A stretch of 64,000 nt of DNA. Origin: Octopus vulgaris. Lineage: Eukaryota. The translations under genes and the position numbers were made by a program. Of this stretch, positions 12,406 through 26,837 are shown in pieces; within the stretch, counting starts at the first letter, position 1; the number at the start of each line of letters is the position of its first letter. Under the pieces are notes generated by a model. That model had not been told where the DNA came from, searched no databases, and saw only the letters and a list, made by a program, of their open reading frames with translations. The DNA lies in the NCBI GenBank assembly GCA_951406725.2, contig OX597822.1:26660001-26724000 (forward strand), written 5' to 3'.

Positions 12406-15400
12406 GTATGTATGTAATAGTTGTTTTCTGTACAGCTTCTATTAACTAAATTAACAGTTCTAATAATATATTAGTTAACCCTATAATGTCACATAGTGGT
12501 GTTGAACCCAGAACCACGTGTTTGTGGAGTGAACTTGTAAACCACAGAGAGCTCTGCTACACATTTATTTATTTTATAGGATGTTCTTTTTTTTTATTAT
12601 TTTCTTTTCATTTTTAATGTTGACACTAGTTACCAAAGCAAGCTTGTCCCTGACATTTGCCATTTCTTTTGTTTTCATCATTACAAAGAACAGCAAATAA
12701 AAGATGCAAATAAATGGAAGTTTTTTTCTTCTCTTTTTTATGCAATCATGTAAATTGAATGATATTTCAAGGAGGGGGAAAGCGATGTAAAAAAAAAAAA
12801 AAGAAATCAAATCAGAAACAAATCATAAAAAAAAAAAATGATGGCAGCCATTACAATAGTGTATATGAATCTCATTTGTTTGACAGAAATTATCCAAGAA
12901 TTGTCTTTTGGTATAAGCTGTTGCAATAGTCTCATTGTCTCTGATTGCAGTCAGCAAACATTGACTGTTGGGACAACATGCATGTCACCACCAATGTAAA
13001 ATTAATTGTTCTGGTTGTATTATTCTGTCCTGTTCTCTGCAGTTTTACCATAAACTAGATTTCTCTCTCTCCCTTTCTGTACCTACATACATATATATTT
13101 ATACTGTTTGATTTTTGTTTTTGTAATTGTACTTTTTCTGGCATGCATAGACTTGAAATTTGTGAAGCTTATTTTCACCGAGGTTTTCTAAACAATGACA
13201 ATTTTTGTCACCATTGTTACACCATTGCTATTACTATAATTTGTGATATTGTTATTGATATTATTGTTGTTCCTCTTCTTATTATTAATAAGGCAGCGAG
13301 CTGGCAGAATCATTAGCATGCTTGGCAAAATGCTTAGTATTTCGTCTGCCACCACGTTCTGAGTTCAAATTCCACCGAGGTCGACTTTGCCTTTCATCCT
13401 TTTGGGGGTTGATAAATTAAGTACTAGTTGAGTACCGGGGCCGATGTAATCGACTATCACTCTCCCCCCAATTTCAGGCCTTGTGCCTATAGTAGAAAGG
13501 ATTATTAATATTATTTAGTAGAGCAATGTAAAGTGGGGAACTAGCAGAATTGTTAGAATCTCAGAAAAAATGTTGTGCACTATTTCTTTGGACTCTTTAC
13601 CTTCCGGTTTCAAATACCACTGAGCTGACCATTTTAATTGCATGCTTTTATGTTTTGAGTTAAAATCTCATTGAGTTCAAATTGCCTATCATTTTCACAG
13701 GGATAGTGAAGGAAATACCAGTCAAGCACTGGGCTCAGTATAATTTACTACTTCCCTAATGCCCATCCACCCTATTGTTCTTAGTATTGTTCTTAGGTAT
13801 GGAATCACTATTATTTCATTTGTTATTGAGCAGAGGGTTAATAGAATTGGGTGAACATGGGACAAACTGTCTAGTAGTATTTAATAGAATATTTTGAGTT
13901 CTGAGTCACTCACATTCACTACACCCATCCCTGAAATTTGAGACTTTGAGCTTATGTCAGGAAACTGCCCCTTCCCCCCATTTTCCTTATTACAATTCAT
14001 CATCATAATCATTGTCATCGTTATCATTGTTATTATATAACCTTGTTCTCTCTTTTCACCCTTGTTATCTGTTCCAGTTCAAGTAGTTCATACTAACACA
14101 CCTACACATATGCTCTCCTCCACTCCCACCTCACAACGACCAGATCTCAACCTGAACCAACACCTCTACAGTCGCCACCACCGCTGCCGCCACCACCGCT
14201 GCTACAAGCTCCTTACTGGGCCTTTCACGCTGGGTAGGTCAAAGGATAGAGGCCAGACTAATATGGGTTACCTTCTCTCAGAGGTAAAAATGGGTTTGTG
14301 TACGATCAGCTCCCTTACCTAGAAAAAGAAAATTACAGGAGCATTAATGACAATTCAAAACCCAGACCTGTGAGAGAACAGAAGCAAAATAGAAGCCCAG
14401 ATTTGAAGTCAGTGGAGAAAAAAATCCTCATTGGCCTATGCTCCATTGGAAATAAAGGGCTTAAGTAAGATATAGATGAGTAATCAGGCTGGCTTTCAAA
14501 CTGCAGCCAATGAGATAAGGAAGCAGAAAAGCTGTTTGGGTATGTTTCTATAATGTGCACTCTCTCTCTCTCTCTCTTGCACACACACACATGCACACAC
14601 ATACACACACACACACACACACCATCCTCTGCCACCATACACATATAAGCAAACACATGCACACTCAGCCCTGACAATGTGCATTTAAATATCCTCCATT
14701 TTCATCAATGTTAGTCAGCTGACTTGGTAAAATAATGGAAAAGAGATAAAGGAAGGAACAGAAATAATAAAGAATAAAAATAAATAAAACAAAAAGCTTA
14801 CCCTTTTGTTGTAAACAATTCATGAATATTTTAAATGATTCAGTAGGAATGTAATGCTAGAATTCAGCCCCTTCAATGAACCAGAACTACGACATACATT
14901 TTTATTATTTAAAAAAATTTTTCGTTTGGTTTAAGGTTTATTATTATTATTTTTTTTTTTTGGATTTAGTGGTATTGGAATGAAACTAGGTTATTATGTC
15001 ACTGCCATTGCTGGTTGTTTTAGAGAACAAACATTCCGGAGTGTATCGAAGCAACGCAAAAAAAAATGGCCATCTGACTGATAAAGCTAGCCTCACCATT
15101 TACTGACATTTTGAAATTAGCTCTGTCAGTTTTGTGAACAATGAGCAATTAAGTAGGAACATTTTGAAATGTATCTTCTCCTTCTCTCTCTCCCTCCCAC
15201 TCTCTCTCTCACACACACACTCATCTATGTGTTGGTAAATGCAATTGAAACAGCAGTAAATTAAAATTGCCATCTGTGTATCATATGAAATGCATATGCA
15301 CTATTGAAAGGCCTGATACTGTGGTTATTGTTTGAGAGAGTATCTTTTCTTAGCTGTGTCACATTAATAGAACAATATATATATATTGGAGCAAGGTAAT

Positions 15401-15721
15401 TATCATTTCAGCAGTAAATCATGAGAATGACCACCACATTTCATCCTACATGGAGCTTATCAGTTCCATGCATTCATCTGTTACCTGCTAACATAGGAGA
15501 TTTGTGCTTCAATATATGAGTGACAGGAGATAATACATTTACTGGTATTGCAGAAAGCTGGCTGGGCTGTGAAAAAACTCTGTGAATGCAGTTGAAACAG
15601 CATTGAATTAAAATAACTATTTGTGTATCATACTAAATGTATATGCATGTTTGAAAGGCATGATGCTATGGTTATTGTCTGAGAGAGAATCTCTTAGACA
15701 TGTCATGTTAAAATCTAGATA

Positions 15722-15897
15722 CAAAGGTGAAAACGCATACTTCTAATAATTTTATTGAACTACATTAATGGATAACATTTTCAACACAGTTTCTACCATT
15801 AATGATGCAAAGTTTGATGCATTTGAACCTGATGCAATAACTCCATAGTTCTTTCAATTTGAGCATATTCATTCATCCAAACTTTATGTTCACCCTG
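15722..15897. mobile_element. Tc1/mariner-like MITE
   Basis: TA|caaaggtgaa...ttcaccctg|TA: short imperfect TIRs with a TA duplication. It interrupts the second unit of an old tandem duplication. Confidence 0.65.
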
Positions 15898-16871
15898 TAT
15901 ATTGGAGTGATATGAACATCATCGTAACAACGACTCACAAAAACAGCAGATGTGTTTTGCCCTATATAGGGCTGAAAAGTGGCCCTGGCTCTGTAGTACA
16001 AATGTTTTGTTTTTATAAGTTTTGAATTAAAATCTTCCACCAAACCTTAGTTACAATTTAGGTTCCTAACACTAGTTTAATGATAACTAAGTTACTTTAC
16101 TAAATTCTTTGTTATATTTAAATAATTGAAAGAGACACAGAGCATCTCAAAATAAATACAGTAACGAAAGTGTTAATGCCATACACCTGTTTGTCACCTG
16201 CTAAGATGGAATTAGTGTTGCAATACACAGGAAACTGTGAATAATACATTAACTTGTATTGCAGAAAGACACTGATAGTATTTGCTATTAATCTCTTAAT
16301 GTAATACCTAATGTAAATGCTGAGATGGACAGATTGCTTTAGTAGTAAGGAAGTTATCAAAACAAAAGTGAGAAATGAAATGCAACTTTATATGCTTTGC
16401 TTGGAGCTGTTCTTTCTATGAAATATATCCTGAAACATGATAAATGCTACAAAGATTATTGTTTACCTGAAGCAATACTAAATACATTAGATAAAATTGA
16501 AACGATGGACATATATCTGTCTCAGATAAATGACAACAATACTGAAAATACTGAAGAATTCAGTAGTTTAGAAGATTACAGAGTCAGATATATGTACAAG
16601 TAAAGATACAATTTTCAGGATTCTTTTAAACTTCAGCTTGGTAACAAAACGGTTAAAGATGGTATCTGTTGAAATACAATGCTTTTGTTTCATTTGATTT
16701 TGGAAACAATGAAGAATTTACTAAAATGATTTCATCATTAAGCCAGAATAAGGAACATAAATTAACCTGAAATTTTTATGTACAGGGTTTTAATTCAGTT
16801 CACCTAATGCATGAAGTTTGCATCATAAAATCCAGGGATGGCCTTGGTTGCATTGGTATAAAAAGGGTTAC

Positions 16872-17432
16872 TCTCTTTTACTCTTTTACTTGTTTCAGTC
16901 ATTTGACTGTCGCCATGCTGGAGCACTGCCCTTAGTCGAGTAAATCGACCCCAGGGCTTATTCTTTGTAAGCCTAGTACTTATTCTATCGGTCTCTTTTG
17001 CCAAACCACTAAGTTACGGAGACGTAAACACACCGCATTAGTTGTCATGCGATGTTGTTGGGACAAACACAGATACAAAAACATATACACACACACATAC
17101 ATATATTATAAGGTTGTCCCAAAAGTTCGTAGAAAGTCTTGGAAAATAATGGTCCTTATTTTGAGGAATAATTTTTGTTGTTTTGGTTAGTACTTGGCGA
17201 GTAAAAATTCAATTTTCACAAGTGTTTACAAACTTTTGGGACAACCTAATATATATATATACATATATGCAATGGGCTTCTTTCAGTTTCCGTCTACAAA
17301 ATCCACGCACAAGGCTTTGGTTGGCCCGAGGCTATAGTAGAAGACACTTGCCCAAGGTGCCACACAGTGGGACTGAACCTAGAACCATGTGATTCGTAAG
17401 CTAGCTACTTACCACACAGCCACTCCTATGCC
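16872..17432 (-). mobile_element. SINE family A, full length, interrupted by a MITE
   Basis: Tail (tacttgtttcagtcatttgactg) at 16887 and head (ccacacagccactcct) at about 17427. Confidence 0.85.
17109..17249. mobile_element. mariner-like MITE nested in the SINE's TA tract
   Basis: TIRs of about 22 bp: aggttgtcccaaaagttcgtaga / tttacaaacttttgggacaacct, in TA context. Confidence 0.8.
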
Positions 17433-18269
17433 TAGATAAAGTACAGTAAGGAACATTATTTTTTTATATGTAGCATTTTAAAAAAGGAATTTTTTTTCCA
17501 TTTGTCATAAATTACACTGTAATTTTTCATTTGTCAACAATGTGCTACATCCAGTCACTTGCTTATTTGATGTATTATGTATTCCCTTTCTCTCCTACAT
17601 CTAGTATCATGATTTTTTTATCACATGAACTTGACTAGTAGGAAACTGTTCAACCACGCCAGACCATAAAATAATCATCATTCACCTTGCACTCTATTTT
17701 ACACTGACTTACCCCTCCCACCTCACATCACTTCTTCATTTCATTCTCTTCTCCATTGGTAATTTTACAATGGCACTGACAATTTGTCCATATTTTTTCT
17801 CTTTATGAACATGTGTCTGCTTCTCTCCTTGTCTTGACATTGTGTTGTAAGTTATAAATGAATGTCACTGTTGAAAATGTCCTGCCAAGAGAAATTTTCT
17901 CTTGCTTGGAAATGAGGGTTAGCAGCAGGAAGGGCATCAAGCTTTAGAAAACCTGTCTCAGCTGATTCTGACTGAGCCATGCAAGTACGGACTTTAGATT
18001 GATGATGTATATATTTATGTGTGTGTGTGTGCTGTGTGTGTTGTGTGTGTGTGTGTGTATCTGAGTGTGTGTGTGTATCTGAGTGTGTGTTTATTTATAG
18101 ATATGTTGACATCTACATCAGTGAATTTAAATTTTCATTGTAAAGGAATGTAACTATCTGCTAGTCTAGTAGGCTTTGGAAAAAAAAAAGATGTATTGAA
18201 TTCTTCCTGTTAGAGAAACTCTAGTTATGATTATAAAAGTGGTTATATTGATTGTTTTTGTCCAAAAGA

Positions 18270-18650
18270 ATTCCTTAGTATTTATAACATGGAAGCCATA
18301 TACCACACAAGTGCAACAACCCTCTGCAGAACATGTGGGAAGAGAGTTGAAAGTGTGACTCACAATGTTAGTGCTTGTGAAAGTCTTGCGCAGAAAAAGT
18401 ACAAGGTAACCCATAACCTCCACAGTCATTTCAACATCCATGAATGGAGCCACTATGTCGTATGCCTTCTAGTACTCATTCTAGACTGTTAACAGATTTG
18501 TCAACCATCTCTGGCCATTCTTCAGACTTGCTCTTTCTGTCACCTTATTCTTTTGTTCCTTGTGATCCCTTTCTACTGTCATCGGATATGCACAGTTGGC
18601 AGACATAATCAGAACAGTGCAGGCGTTGCAGAAGGTGTTGCATCTCTAAG
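18270..18650 (+). mobile_element. R4/Dong-like LINE C-terminal fragment (CCHC zinc knuckle region)
   Basis: LCRTCGKRVESVTHNVSACESLAQKKYK matches the CxxC...ETxxHxxSxCxxLAQxxYK motif of RLE-type R4/Dong elements. TVQALQKVLHL* near 18615-18650 resembles their C-terminus. Confidence 0.7.
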
Positions 18651-19643
18651 CTGCTGGAAGAAGCTAAGACATGACGCATATAACCTAGAACATCAAAACT
18701 AGAGGGAGTCATCATAATTGGTAACTATTTTAGGTGTGAGGGTGTATGTCATTTAAACTGACCCCATTACGTAAATTAATGAGGGTAATAATGGAATGGT
18801 AACATTTATTTCTAAGCCAGGTATAAAGCTACACATTTAAAGGGGTGGAAGGTTGAAGGGTACAAAGTGTATCATTTGAATATTTTTCACCACCACCCTC
18901 CCGACTAAATCGGTACTTGTATATTAGTGAGCCCCACTCTTGGAGGTGATGAATGTCAACATTTATTGATGATATAATGATAATGATGTCAATAAAGACT
19001 TTCAATAAAATGGCGTTGCCAGACTTACCAAATTCACTTATAATATTTTGTTCCATAACATAATCGGTGATATCATGGAATGTAATTAATCAGTGCAAAA
19101 GGTGCTCAATTCTATGGTAGCTTCTCTCTGTCACTCTCTCTCTCTTTCTCCCTCTCTCCTTCTCTCTTTTGTTTTTTTTTTTATCTTTAATAACTTGGCA
19201 TTGCTCCTCTTTATCAGGTTGCAGACAGATGTTTCTCTCTCTCTGTAAAAACTTATGTCCAGATGTGCTGTTTGCTAGTTTTACAGTCAGGCATGCATTC
19301 ATCATTACCGCTGGTATCATTTGCCTGGTCAATGAACCATTCAGACACAAAAGCACAGCTCTTGAATTACTTGTCTGTAATATCACATTGATTTACTGTT
19401 GTTAACATTATTAATGTAGCAAAGAAATTGATATGTGGGAGAATGCAGTTATATTTGTGCAAATATATTTGGCTGTGTGATGTGTGTGTTTATTTGTGAA
19501 TATCTGTATCCTTGTGTAAATATTTGTTAGTTTGTGTAAGTTCTTATAGCTTTATCCCTCTCCTTTCTCTATATATCTAAATTTTTCTCTTGTTTTTGTA
19601 CACACACACACAAAGTGTATTTGTGAATATGTGTGTGTATATA

Positions 19644-19674
<31 letters not shown>

Positions 19675-19676
19675 GT

Positions 19677-20020
19677 CATCATCATCATCATCATCATTTA
19701 ACGTCCGTTTTCCATGCTAGCATGGGTTGGACGGTTCAGCCGGGGTCTGGTAAGCCATGGAGGCTGCACCAGGCTCTAGTCTGATTTGGCAGTGTTTCTA
19801 CAGCTGGATGCCCTTCCTAACGCCAACCACTCCGTGAGTGTAGTGGGTGTTTTTTACGTGCCACAAGCACAGGGGCCAGAGCAGGCTGGCATCTGCCACG
19901 TTCGGATGGTGCTTTTTACGTGTCACCGGCACGGGTGTCTTAACTACAATTTCCATTTGAATTTTTATTTTGATGTTGATGTACTTGACTCAGTAGGTCT
20001 CCTCAAGAACAGCAGGTCAC
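19677..20020 (-). mobile_element. RTE LINE 3' UTR fragment
   Basis: (CAT)n tail plus the shared 3' UTR sequence. Confidence 0.85.
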
Positions 20021-20079
20021 TCTATATATGTGCAGAAGGATATATCGTCATATACCTATGTACACAAGGATATAAACCC

Positions 20080-20130
<51 letters not shown>

Positions 20131-20159
20131 AATATATATATATATATATATATAGCAAC

Positions 20160-20335
20160 CTAAGAGGTATTAGTTGCTGTGAGCAAAAGAGAAGACTGTA
20201 CTGGTTTGGTCATGTGATGTGGATGGATGCTGGCTGCTCCATAAAGAAGTGCCGATCTCTCAAAGTGGATGGAACATGTGGAAGTGGGAGACCCAGGAAG
20301 ACATGGGATGAAGTGCTGAAGAACGGCCTCAGGAA
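20160..20335 (+). mobile_element. RTE LINE ORF2 C-terminal fragment
   Basis: RRLYWFGHVMWMD...KKCRSLKVDGTCGSGRPRKTWDEV, the RTE 'RRL.W.GHV.R...GRPR.TW' motif. Confidence 0.85.
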
Positions 20336-22289
20336 GCAGTATATTCAGTTCTTAGAGAACACCCATGTTAAAGTAGTGACAGACAGTTTTGATGTTAAGC
20401 TGGTTTTTGGAATATAAATTAATGTGGAATTTTTTAGGCAAGATTTTAATTCCAATCTTTTTAAAACTGTAAGTTTATAGCATAGAACCAAAGACAGTCT
20501 CAAGTGGGTTATTATCAAAATAGTTAATTAATAATGGTTTCAATATCTTGTATTTTGATTTGATTTGAAATGAATTTTCTTCCCCTGTTGGCTCTTATCA
20601 ATCATTTACTGATTTTGTAGCCTTCGTTATCTTTTATTGCTATTTGAAATTTGTCTTGAAGTCTCCTGTCATCCTTAATCATCATTTATAGCCCTTTATG
20701 TTCTATTCAGAAACCAAATCCTATTAAGGTCAGTTTTCCCTTTCATCTTTCTGGTATCAATAATGATAAAGTATCAATCAAGTTAGTTTAACAATTAAAG
20801 TGATTTTAGCATCATTTTGGCTTCTGCTTTATTGCTTTCATTGATGTCACCAAATAGATTGAACCAACAAGGGAGGTCTCTCTGTGTTCAATTATACCAG
20901 CAAGGGAGGTTCTCTATGTGCTCACTTGATCTGCTAGAACTAGCAACCAAATCACTCTCACTTGCATACAGCCATTGAAAAAAACAAAAAAATGGAATGA
21001 AGTGAAACTGCTTAATGTTGTCAAAGATATACTATGTCTGAAAATACTTGATGGTCATGGTTTGAATGTCTGTGTTCATAGACCTGTTTATTTAGGGTTG
21101 ACTTAACAGCAACTAAATAGATAGTTATCTGTTTTATTTCTTTGATTATTGTATGTGTAATTGGAACACAGTTATCTCTAATGTAGGTTTAATTACCAGT
21201 CGAGTGATTTTGTTTTATTTATTCCTTATACCTGGGATTTTCTGTTCTGCCCTTTCTAACCTGGAGTGAGTGGAACATTGCGAAGCTGACTTATTTATTT
21301 TTACTTATTCTTTTGTTCTTGGAATGGTTTCAGTCATTGAACTGTGGCCAAGATGGGGCACTGCTTTCAAGGAATTGGTCAGTAATATTGAGTCCAGTAC
21401 TTAATTTGTGAGTCTGGTACATATCTTATCAATCTCTATTAGTCAGACTGGTAGGTTATGGGGACATAAGCAAATAGACATAAACTTGGTTTTGAGCAAA
21501 CACACACATGCATGTGCTTGTGCACACACACGCACACACACACACATACACATTTCACATACACATGTCTTTTAATAAGGGTGAAAGCTATGACCATGGC
21601 TCATCACAGGGTGTCCAAGACCAATGCAAGGAAGGTCACCTCTATCAAACTAGGGACCTGATCTGAATGCTTGCATGAGAGTGGACGCCACTAAAAGTAC
21701 CCAAGGTACAAGCTGATAATGTTAAGCTGGGTAATGAACTAAGTCTACTACACTTATAAATATATATGTGTGTGTGTGCTTGTGTGTGATTGTGTGTATG
21801 TATTTATGTTTGTGTGTACATGATAAGCATCTGTACTGTTTCCATTTATCAAATTTCTCTCAGAAGGTACTGGTTAACTTGAGGCTACAGTAGGAGAGAT
21901 TTGCTGAAGGTACCATGCCAGGAAGGTGGGGTGGGGTCTGAAGTCTCCTGGTTATGAAGCAAACTTCTTAACCATACAGTTAGGTTTGTGCCTATTATTG
22001 AAGTTGCGTACAATATCTAGGTTTCCTGAGCATCACCCATCTAATTACAAACTATGCTTGTAGTTGTTTAATTTTAGTGATTGGACAAGAATAGTGTCAT
22101 CAATGTTATATAGCAATAATAATTGTTATTTTTTAAAAATTTTATATTAAAATTTGTGATATAGTGGAATTGTTGGTTACAGGATTTTAGTGGGTCAATT
22201 ACTGATTCACTGCATTTCTGGTAGGAAGATGATGATGATAATGAATTCCAATATTTTAAATCTGGGCTTGTCCCCATTAACAGGGGTGG

Positions 22290-22905
22290 CTGGATCTACC
22301 TCACTCTTTCAGCAACTCCTCTCACATCATCCTGCCATCTTGCCTGGTTTTAGGTGTTCTTGCTCCTCAAGCCAACCCTCCTAATCTCCTCCTCCACCTG
22401 TCCCCTCCACGTTTTCTTTGGTTGACGTTGCTTTTGCAGTTCATTCACTTTAAACTCAAGCACTCTCCTCAGAACATAATCCTCATCCCTCCTCAACACA
22501 TGTCCATATTACCACACTCCATTTGCCCTTGCCAGCTGTTCCACCAATTCTTCCAACCCCAGCATCCTCATCAAGTTTTCAGCCCTCCTTTCATCCAATA
22601 GTTTCACACCACACATTGCTCTCACATTTGCTCTCTCAGTCCTTCTCAAAATTGCCATTCTGCTTTTCCTCTCACTCCCATACAGCATTGCATATCTCAC
22701 ACAACTCCAATAAACCCTTCCTTTCTTCTTCAATGACAACCTTTTCCCATATAATAATGCTCCACATTCCCTGAACTTCACTCAACCAAGTCTCACTCTT
22801 GCTGTCACAGCTGCTTCACATCCACCTCTTACATTCACCCTATCTCCCAAAAAAGCAAAACCCTTTCACCATTTCCACCTTGTCACATAGCGTTTCCACT
22901 AGCGA
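22290..22905 (-). mobile_element. RTE LINE ORF2 C-terminal fragment (a different family)
   Basis: KGRVYWSCVRYAMLYGSE...RAMCGVKL...YGHVLRRDEDYVLRRVLEF...PKKTW. Confidence 0.85.
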
Positions 22906-23144
22906 GTGACAAGAAAATAGTTTTTAATTCATTGTAAAAGACTTTGATCAAAAAGCACTGGATTTTTACTGATGTTTACATCCTTTATCTGTATACAACA
23001 GTGAAAGATAGACACACACACACATGACAAGTTTCTGCAGTTTCCGTTCACTAAATTCCTCTTTCAAAAAGTATCTGTCTACTTGAGACTATGGTAAATG
23101 ATGGTCACAAGGTGATTATTCCCTTTAACCCTTGAGTATTGAGA

Positions 23145-23352
23145 TTACTCTGTCAAATATAATGCTTATTCATTCTCATTGTTTTGAATTAATTGTGTAT
23201 TATTTTGTGACTTCAAGATTTTGATGATGCCATCATATATTTTTAGAATGACATTGTAAAGTAGATGTGAAAGGCTGGATCTGGCTAGTTTGAACATAGA
23301 ACATGTAGAATATTTGGGCTAGATATGATCAGTTTAAATACTAAAGGGCTAA
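23145..23352. mobile_element. piggyBac-like MITE (second family)
   Basis: ttaaccctt...aaagggctaa termini. A related copy at 45603-46170 is interrupted by an RTE tail. Confidence 0.55.
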
Positions 23353-24809
23353 CCAGATTATATGAAGACAAAGTGTCTGATGGCACACCAAATGGATTAT
23401 TAATTGTTATAATGGGATGCCTTATTTAACTTGTTATACATCAGGTAGCATGCTTCTTATTTTTCATATTGTATTTTTTTTCTCTGTAAGTAAATTGATG
23501 CCAGTGTTGCTATTATTGTGTTTATGTGCTTGTGGTTTTCATTATTGTTGTTTTTATATAAAGGTTGGTTTGCTAATCCTCTAAATAATAGTGTGGTCTC
23601 ACCTTTTAACATAAAGTCTAAAATTACGATTTCAAAGGGTAATGGGAACAGTTTAAAGGCAGTTATGTTTCTGGAGTGTTAATTGCTATTATCTGAGACC
23701 TTCCTATTTCTGTTTGCTGTTGCCATTGAACACACATATGTCTGTGCATATAAGCAAAATGAATGGCAAATACCAACAAATATTTTATTTTAAAGCAAAT
23801 TATAAACATTCTGTCTATCAAAGTGTAATGTGATAATGTTATATGTTATATGCAAGGCTAATAGTGTACAAGGGACAGCTGGAGATGAAAGAAAAAATTG
23901 AAGGAAAAAATCTATGTATTAGTCACTTTTTCATCAAATAAAGGGCAAAGAGCCTTTTTAGTACCAGGGGTGAATCACAGGTTAATCAGAACCTATGGGC
24001 TTTTTATTAACTGTCCTGATAAAAGTACTGTTTCATTAATTTTACAAATTCTTGGGCATATAACGTGTTAGTTATGCAATATCAAATGCGTTGGTATGAA
24101 CATATTGTATTTCTGTGTTATTCTTAAAGCTTAAAACTTTTTTTTGTTCATATAGGTTTTCTTCAGCAGGTGATTTTAAATTTGTTTTCTGTGAAATTTT
24201 GCTCCTTCATGTAAGGAGTTTTCAGCATTTAGGTTATTGTGACATACCTAACATAATATTGATTAAATGCAATATAGATAGCCAGTATTCTGTTTTTTGA
24301 TATTGAGGTTACAATTGTTCAACCAATTGAATTACATGCCCCTGAATTAATGGTCTATTTTCTGAATAGGATCCTGCATATTGTGTTTGCTTCTCTAAGG
24401 ATCCAGCTGGGGTGATGGCCATGTGGTCATGACAGATGAAGAAGGGTCTTTCAGAGATGAGAACTGACTGGGATACTGCTAGGAGTGTTGCCTGGAATGA
24501 CCTGAGAAATTCCAACAAATGGCAAGTGCATTCAGAGTTCAAATCCTGCTGAGGTCAACTTTTGCCTTTCATCCTTTTGAGAGTTGATAAATAAAGTATC
24601 AGCCCTGAGCGAGGGAATTAGCATAATTGTCAGAATGTTGGATGAGATGCCCAGTGATATTTGTTCTGACTGTTTGCTCTTTGAATTTTTGCTGAGGTTA
24701 ATACCTCTATTTGGTCTTCATGTCTCATTGAGTGCAAACATTTGGGTCTAGGATAAACTCTTCCTTTTCTTCATCCAATCTTGGAAGCCCTGAAAAAGGA
24801 ATGAAGAAT

Positions 24810-24853
<44 letters not shown>

Positions 24854-25315
24854 TTATACATAAATATACACTCAGCACATTTAGTAAGAATTACATGATA
24901 GTATTTATTTAATAACAGTTTGACTTGACTCCATATAACTTGAAGGGTTTCTGGGTCAAAACAATGAGAATAAATAGGCATTACATTTGATGGATGAGCC
25001 TTTGAAACTTTAAGCTGCATAATGCTGAATCAAACTGTTAGTATATATATATATATGTATATAGCAATTACAGCATAGAAGACATTAGCCATTCAAAAAT
25101 ACACAAAAGCTATTAATTTCACATTAACTTTTATTAAACAAATAAAAATGTTTAAGTAAAGTTAACAGTCTCTGTGTGCTTTGGGTGAATAATATGTGTC
25201 TTTTGTGCTGTTATTGCTTTAGTTTCAACACACAGTCTCAGATTAAATAACTTCATAACCATGTACATCTCTGAAATATATATATATGTATGTGTGTATA
25301 TATAAATATATATAT

Positions 25316-25520
25316 AGCTAATCCAAGCAAGAAAAAATAAAAAAACACAACAACGCGAGGACGTGGAACAAATAAAGTATTATTGGACGCTCAGGAAAGA
25401 AGGGAAGAAGGAGGGTTTAACGTTTCGAGCGGAGCTCTTTGTCGGAAACATAGGAGAAGGAAAGATCCCGAGAAGGGAAGACAGAGGAAAAAAAATCGTC
25501 AGCGGTACTCACGAGGTCAC
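25316..25520 (-). mobile_element. Small insert in (TA)n with a minimal hammerhead motif (25415-25449), related to 2748-2960
   Basis: Minus strand GTTT-CCGACAA-A-GAGC(tcc)GCTC-GAAAC-GTT-AAAC. The downstream ttcctgagcgtccaataatac resembles ttcctgagcgccatactaatac at 2877. Confidence 0.7.
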
Positions 25521-25531
25521 ATATATATATA

Positions 25532-25578
<47 letters not shown>

Positions 25579-26837
25579 CATCATCATTTAATGTTCATTT
25601 TCCATGCTGGCATGGGTTAGATGATTTGACAGGAGCTGGCCAGAGAGCTGCATTGACTGTTTTTCCACTTTGTTTTGCACTTATGTGCTTACTTATGTGT
25701 GTGTGTGTATATATATTTATATAATCATCATGGAAGTGACCTTAACAATCTACTATCTATCTGACTATCTATTCATCCATCCATCCTTCCATCCATAGAT
25801 CTGACTGGGCCTGATGAAGCCTTCCAGCTTCACAGACCCCAGTTGAACCGTCCAACCCATGCTAGCATGACGAACGGACGCTAAATGATGATGATGATGA
25901 TGATGATATATATATATATATTTCTTGGCTGCGTCCTTTTCCCTCATCCCATGTGGGAGTTCCTGAGAAGGTTTGTAAGGGCTGCCTTTCTCCTCCTGAC
26001 TCTCCCAACAGAAAAGTGTAAATAATTTAAATAAATAAAAACCAAAACCTGTAGATTCTTTACTCCTCATGGCAACTCATCTCATTGAACTCTTTGACAA
26101 ACTTTCTTATGATGTGAAACATTGCTGTCTTTCAAACTCTGAAAAACTCTGGCAAGGTCAATAACATGACTGTATCTGGAGCATCTTATTAATTCTATGC
26201 CCATCAGACTTACCTGCAACCTGCATAAACCCTTTAAGTTGCTTGGAGCCATTCGAATTGGTTTGAATTGCATAATTGGTGTGAATTGTAAATATCATTT
26301 GCTCTAGATAGGCTCACATAACTTATGAGTTTTTTTTCTCTCTTTTCACTTTTCTCGTTTCTTTATATAAATTTGGGTGTCAGTTTTGATGCCCATAGAT
26401 AAAAAGGAAACATCCACTACTTAAAAATTTTGGGTGTTGTTGTTGTTGTTGTTGATAGTGGATTTAACAAGGTGTCATGTTGTTTGAGATGCTATTGTTT
26501 TCTGAGTTCATGTGATATCTTTTCAAACTTACATATCTCTGTGTTTGCTTTACCAACTTTATATATTACCTGAAATTGCTTTCGAATAATTTTCTTTTTT
26601 TTTTTTTCCTTCTTTGTAACCTTGTGACAATAAAATCATCGTCATTATCAGCACCATTGTTAGAACAGTATTGTTCCAGATTACTGCACCTGAACTTCAA
26701 ATGTCATCATGGCCAGCATGTGCTTTCAGCTCTTCAGAGTCACTTAATAAAATACCAGTCAAATACTGGGATTTGAATTTTTCCTCTGTATGTGTGTGTG
26801 TGTGTGTGTGTGTTTGTATGTGTCTGTCTATGTGAAT

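Noticed and set aside
26082-26273. Minus-strand ORF with a CAG|GTAAGT donor at about 26213
   Set aside because: No convincing acceptor or recognisable motif; possibly a decayed TE fragment, not supportable.
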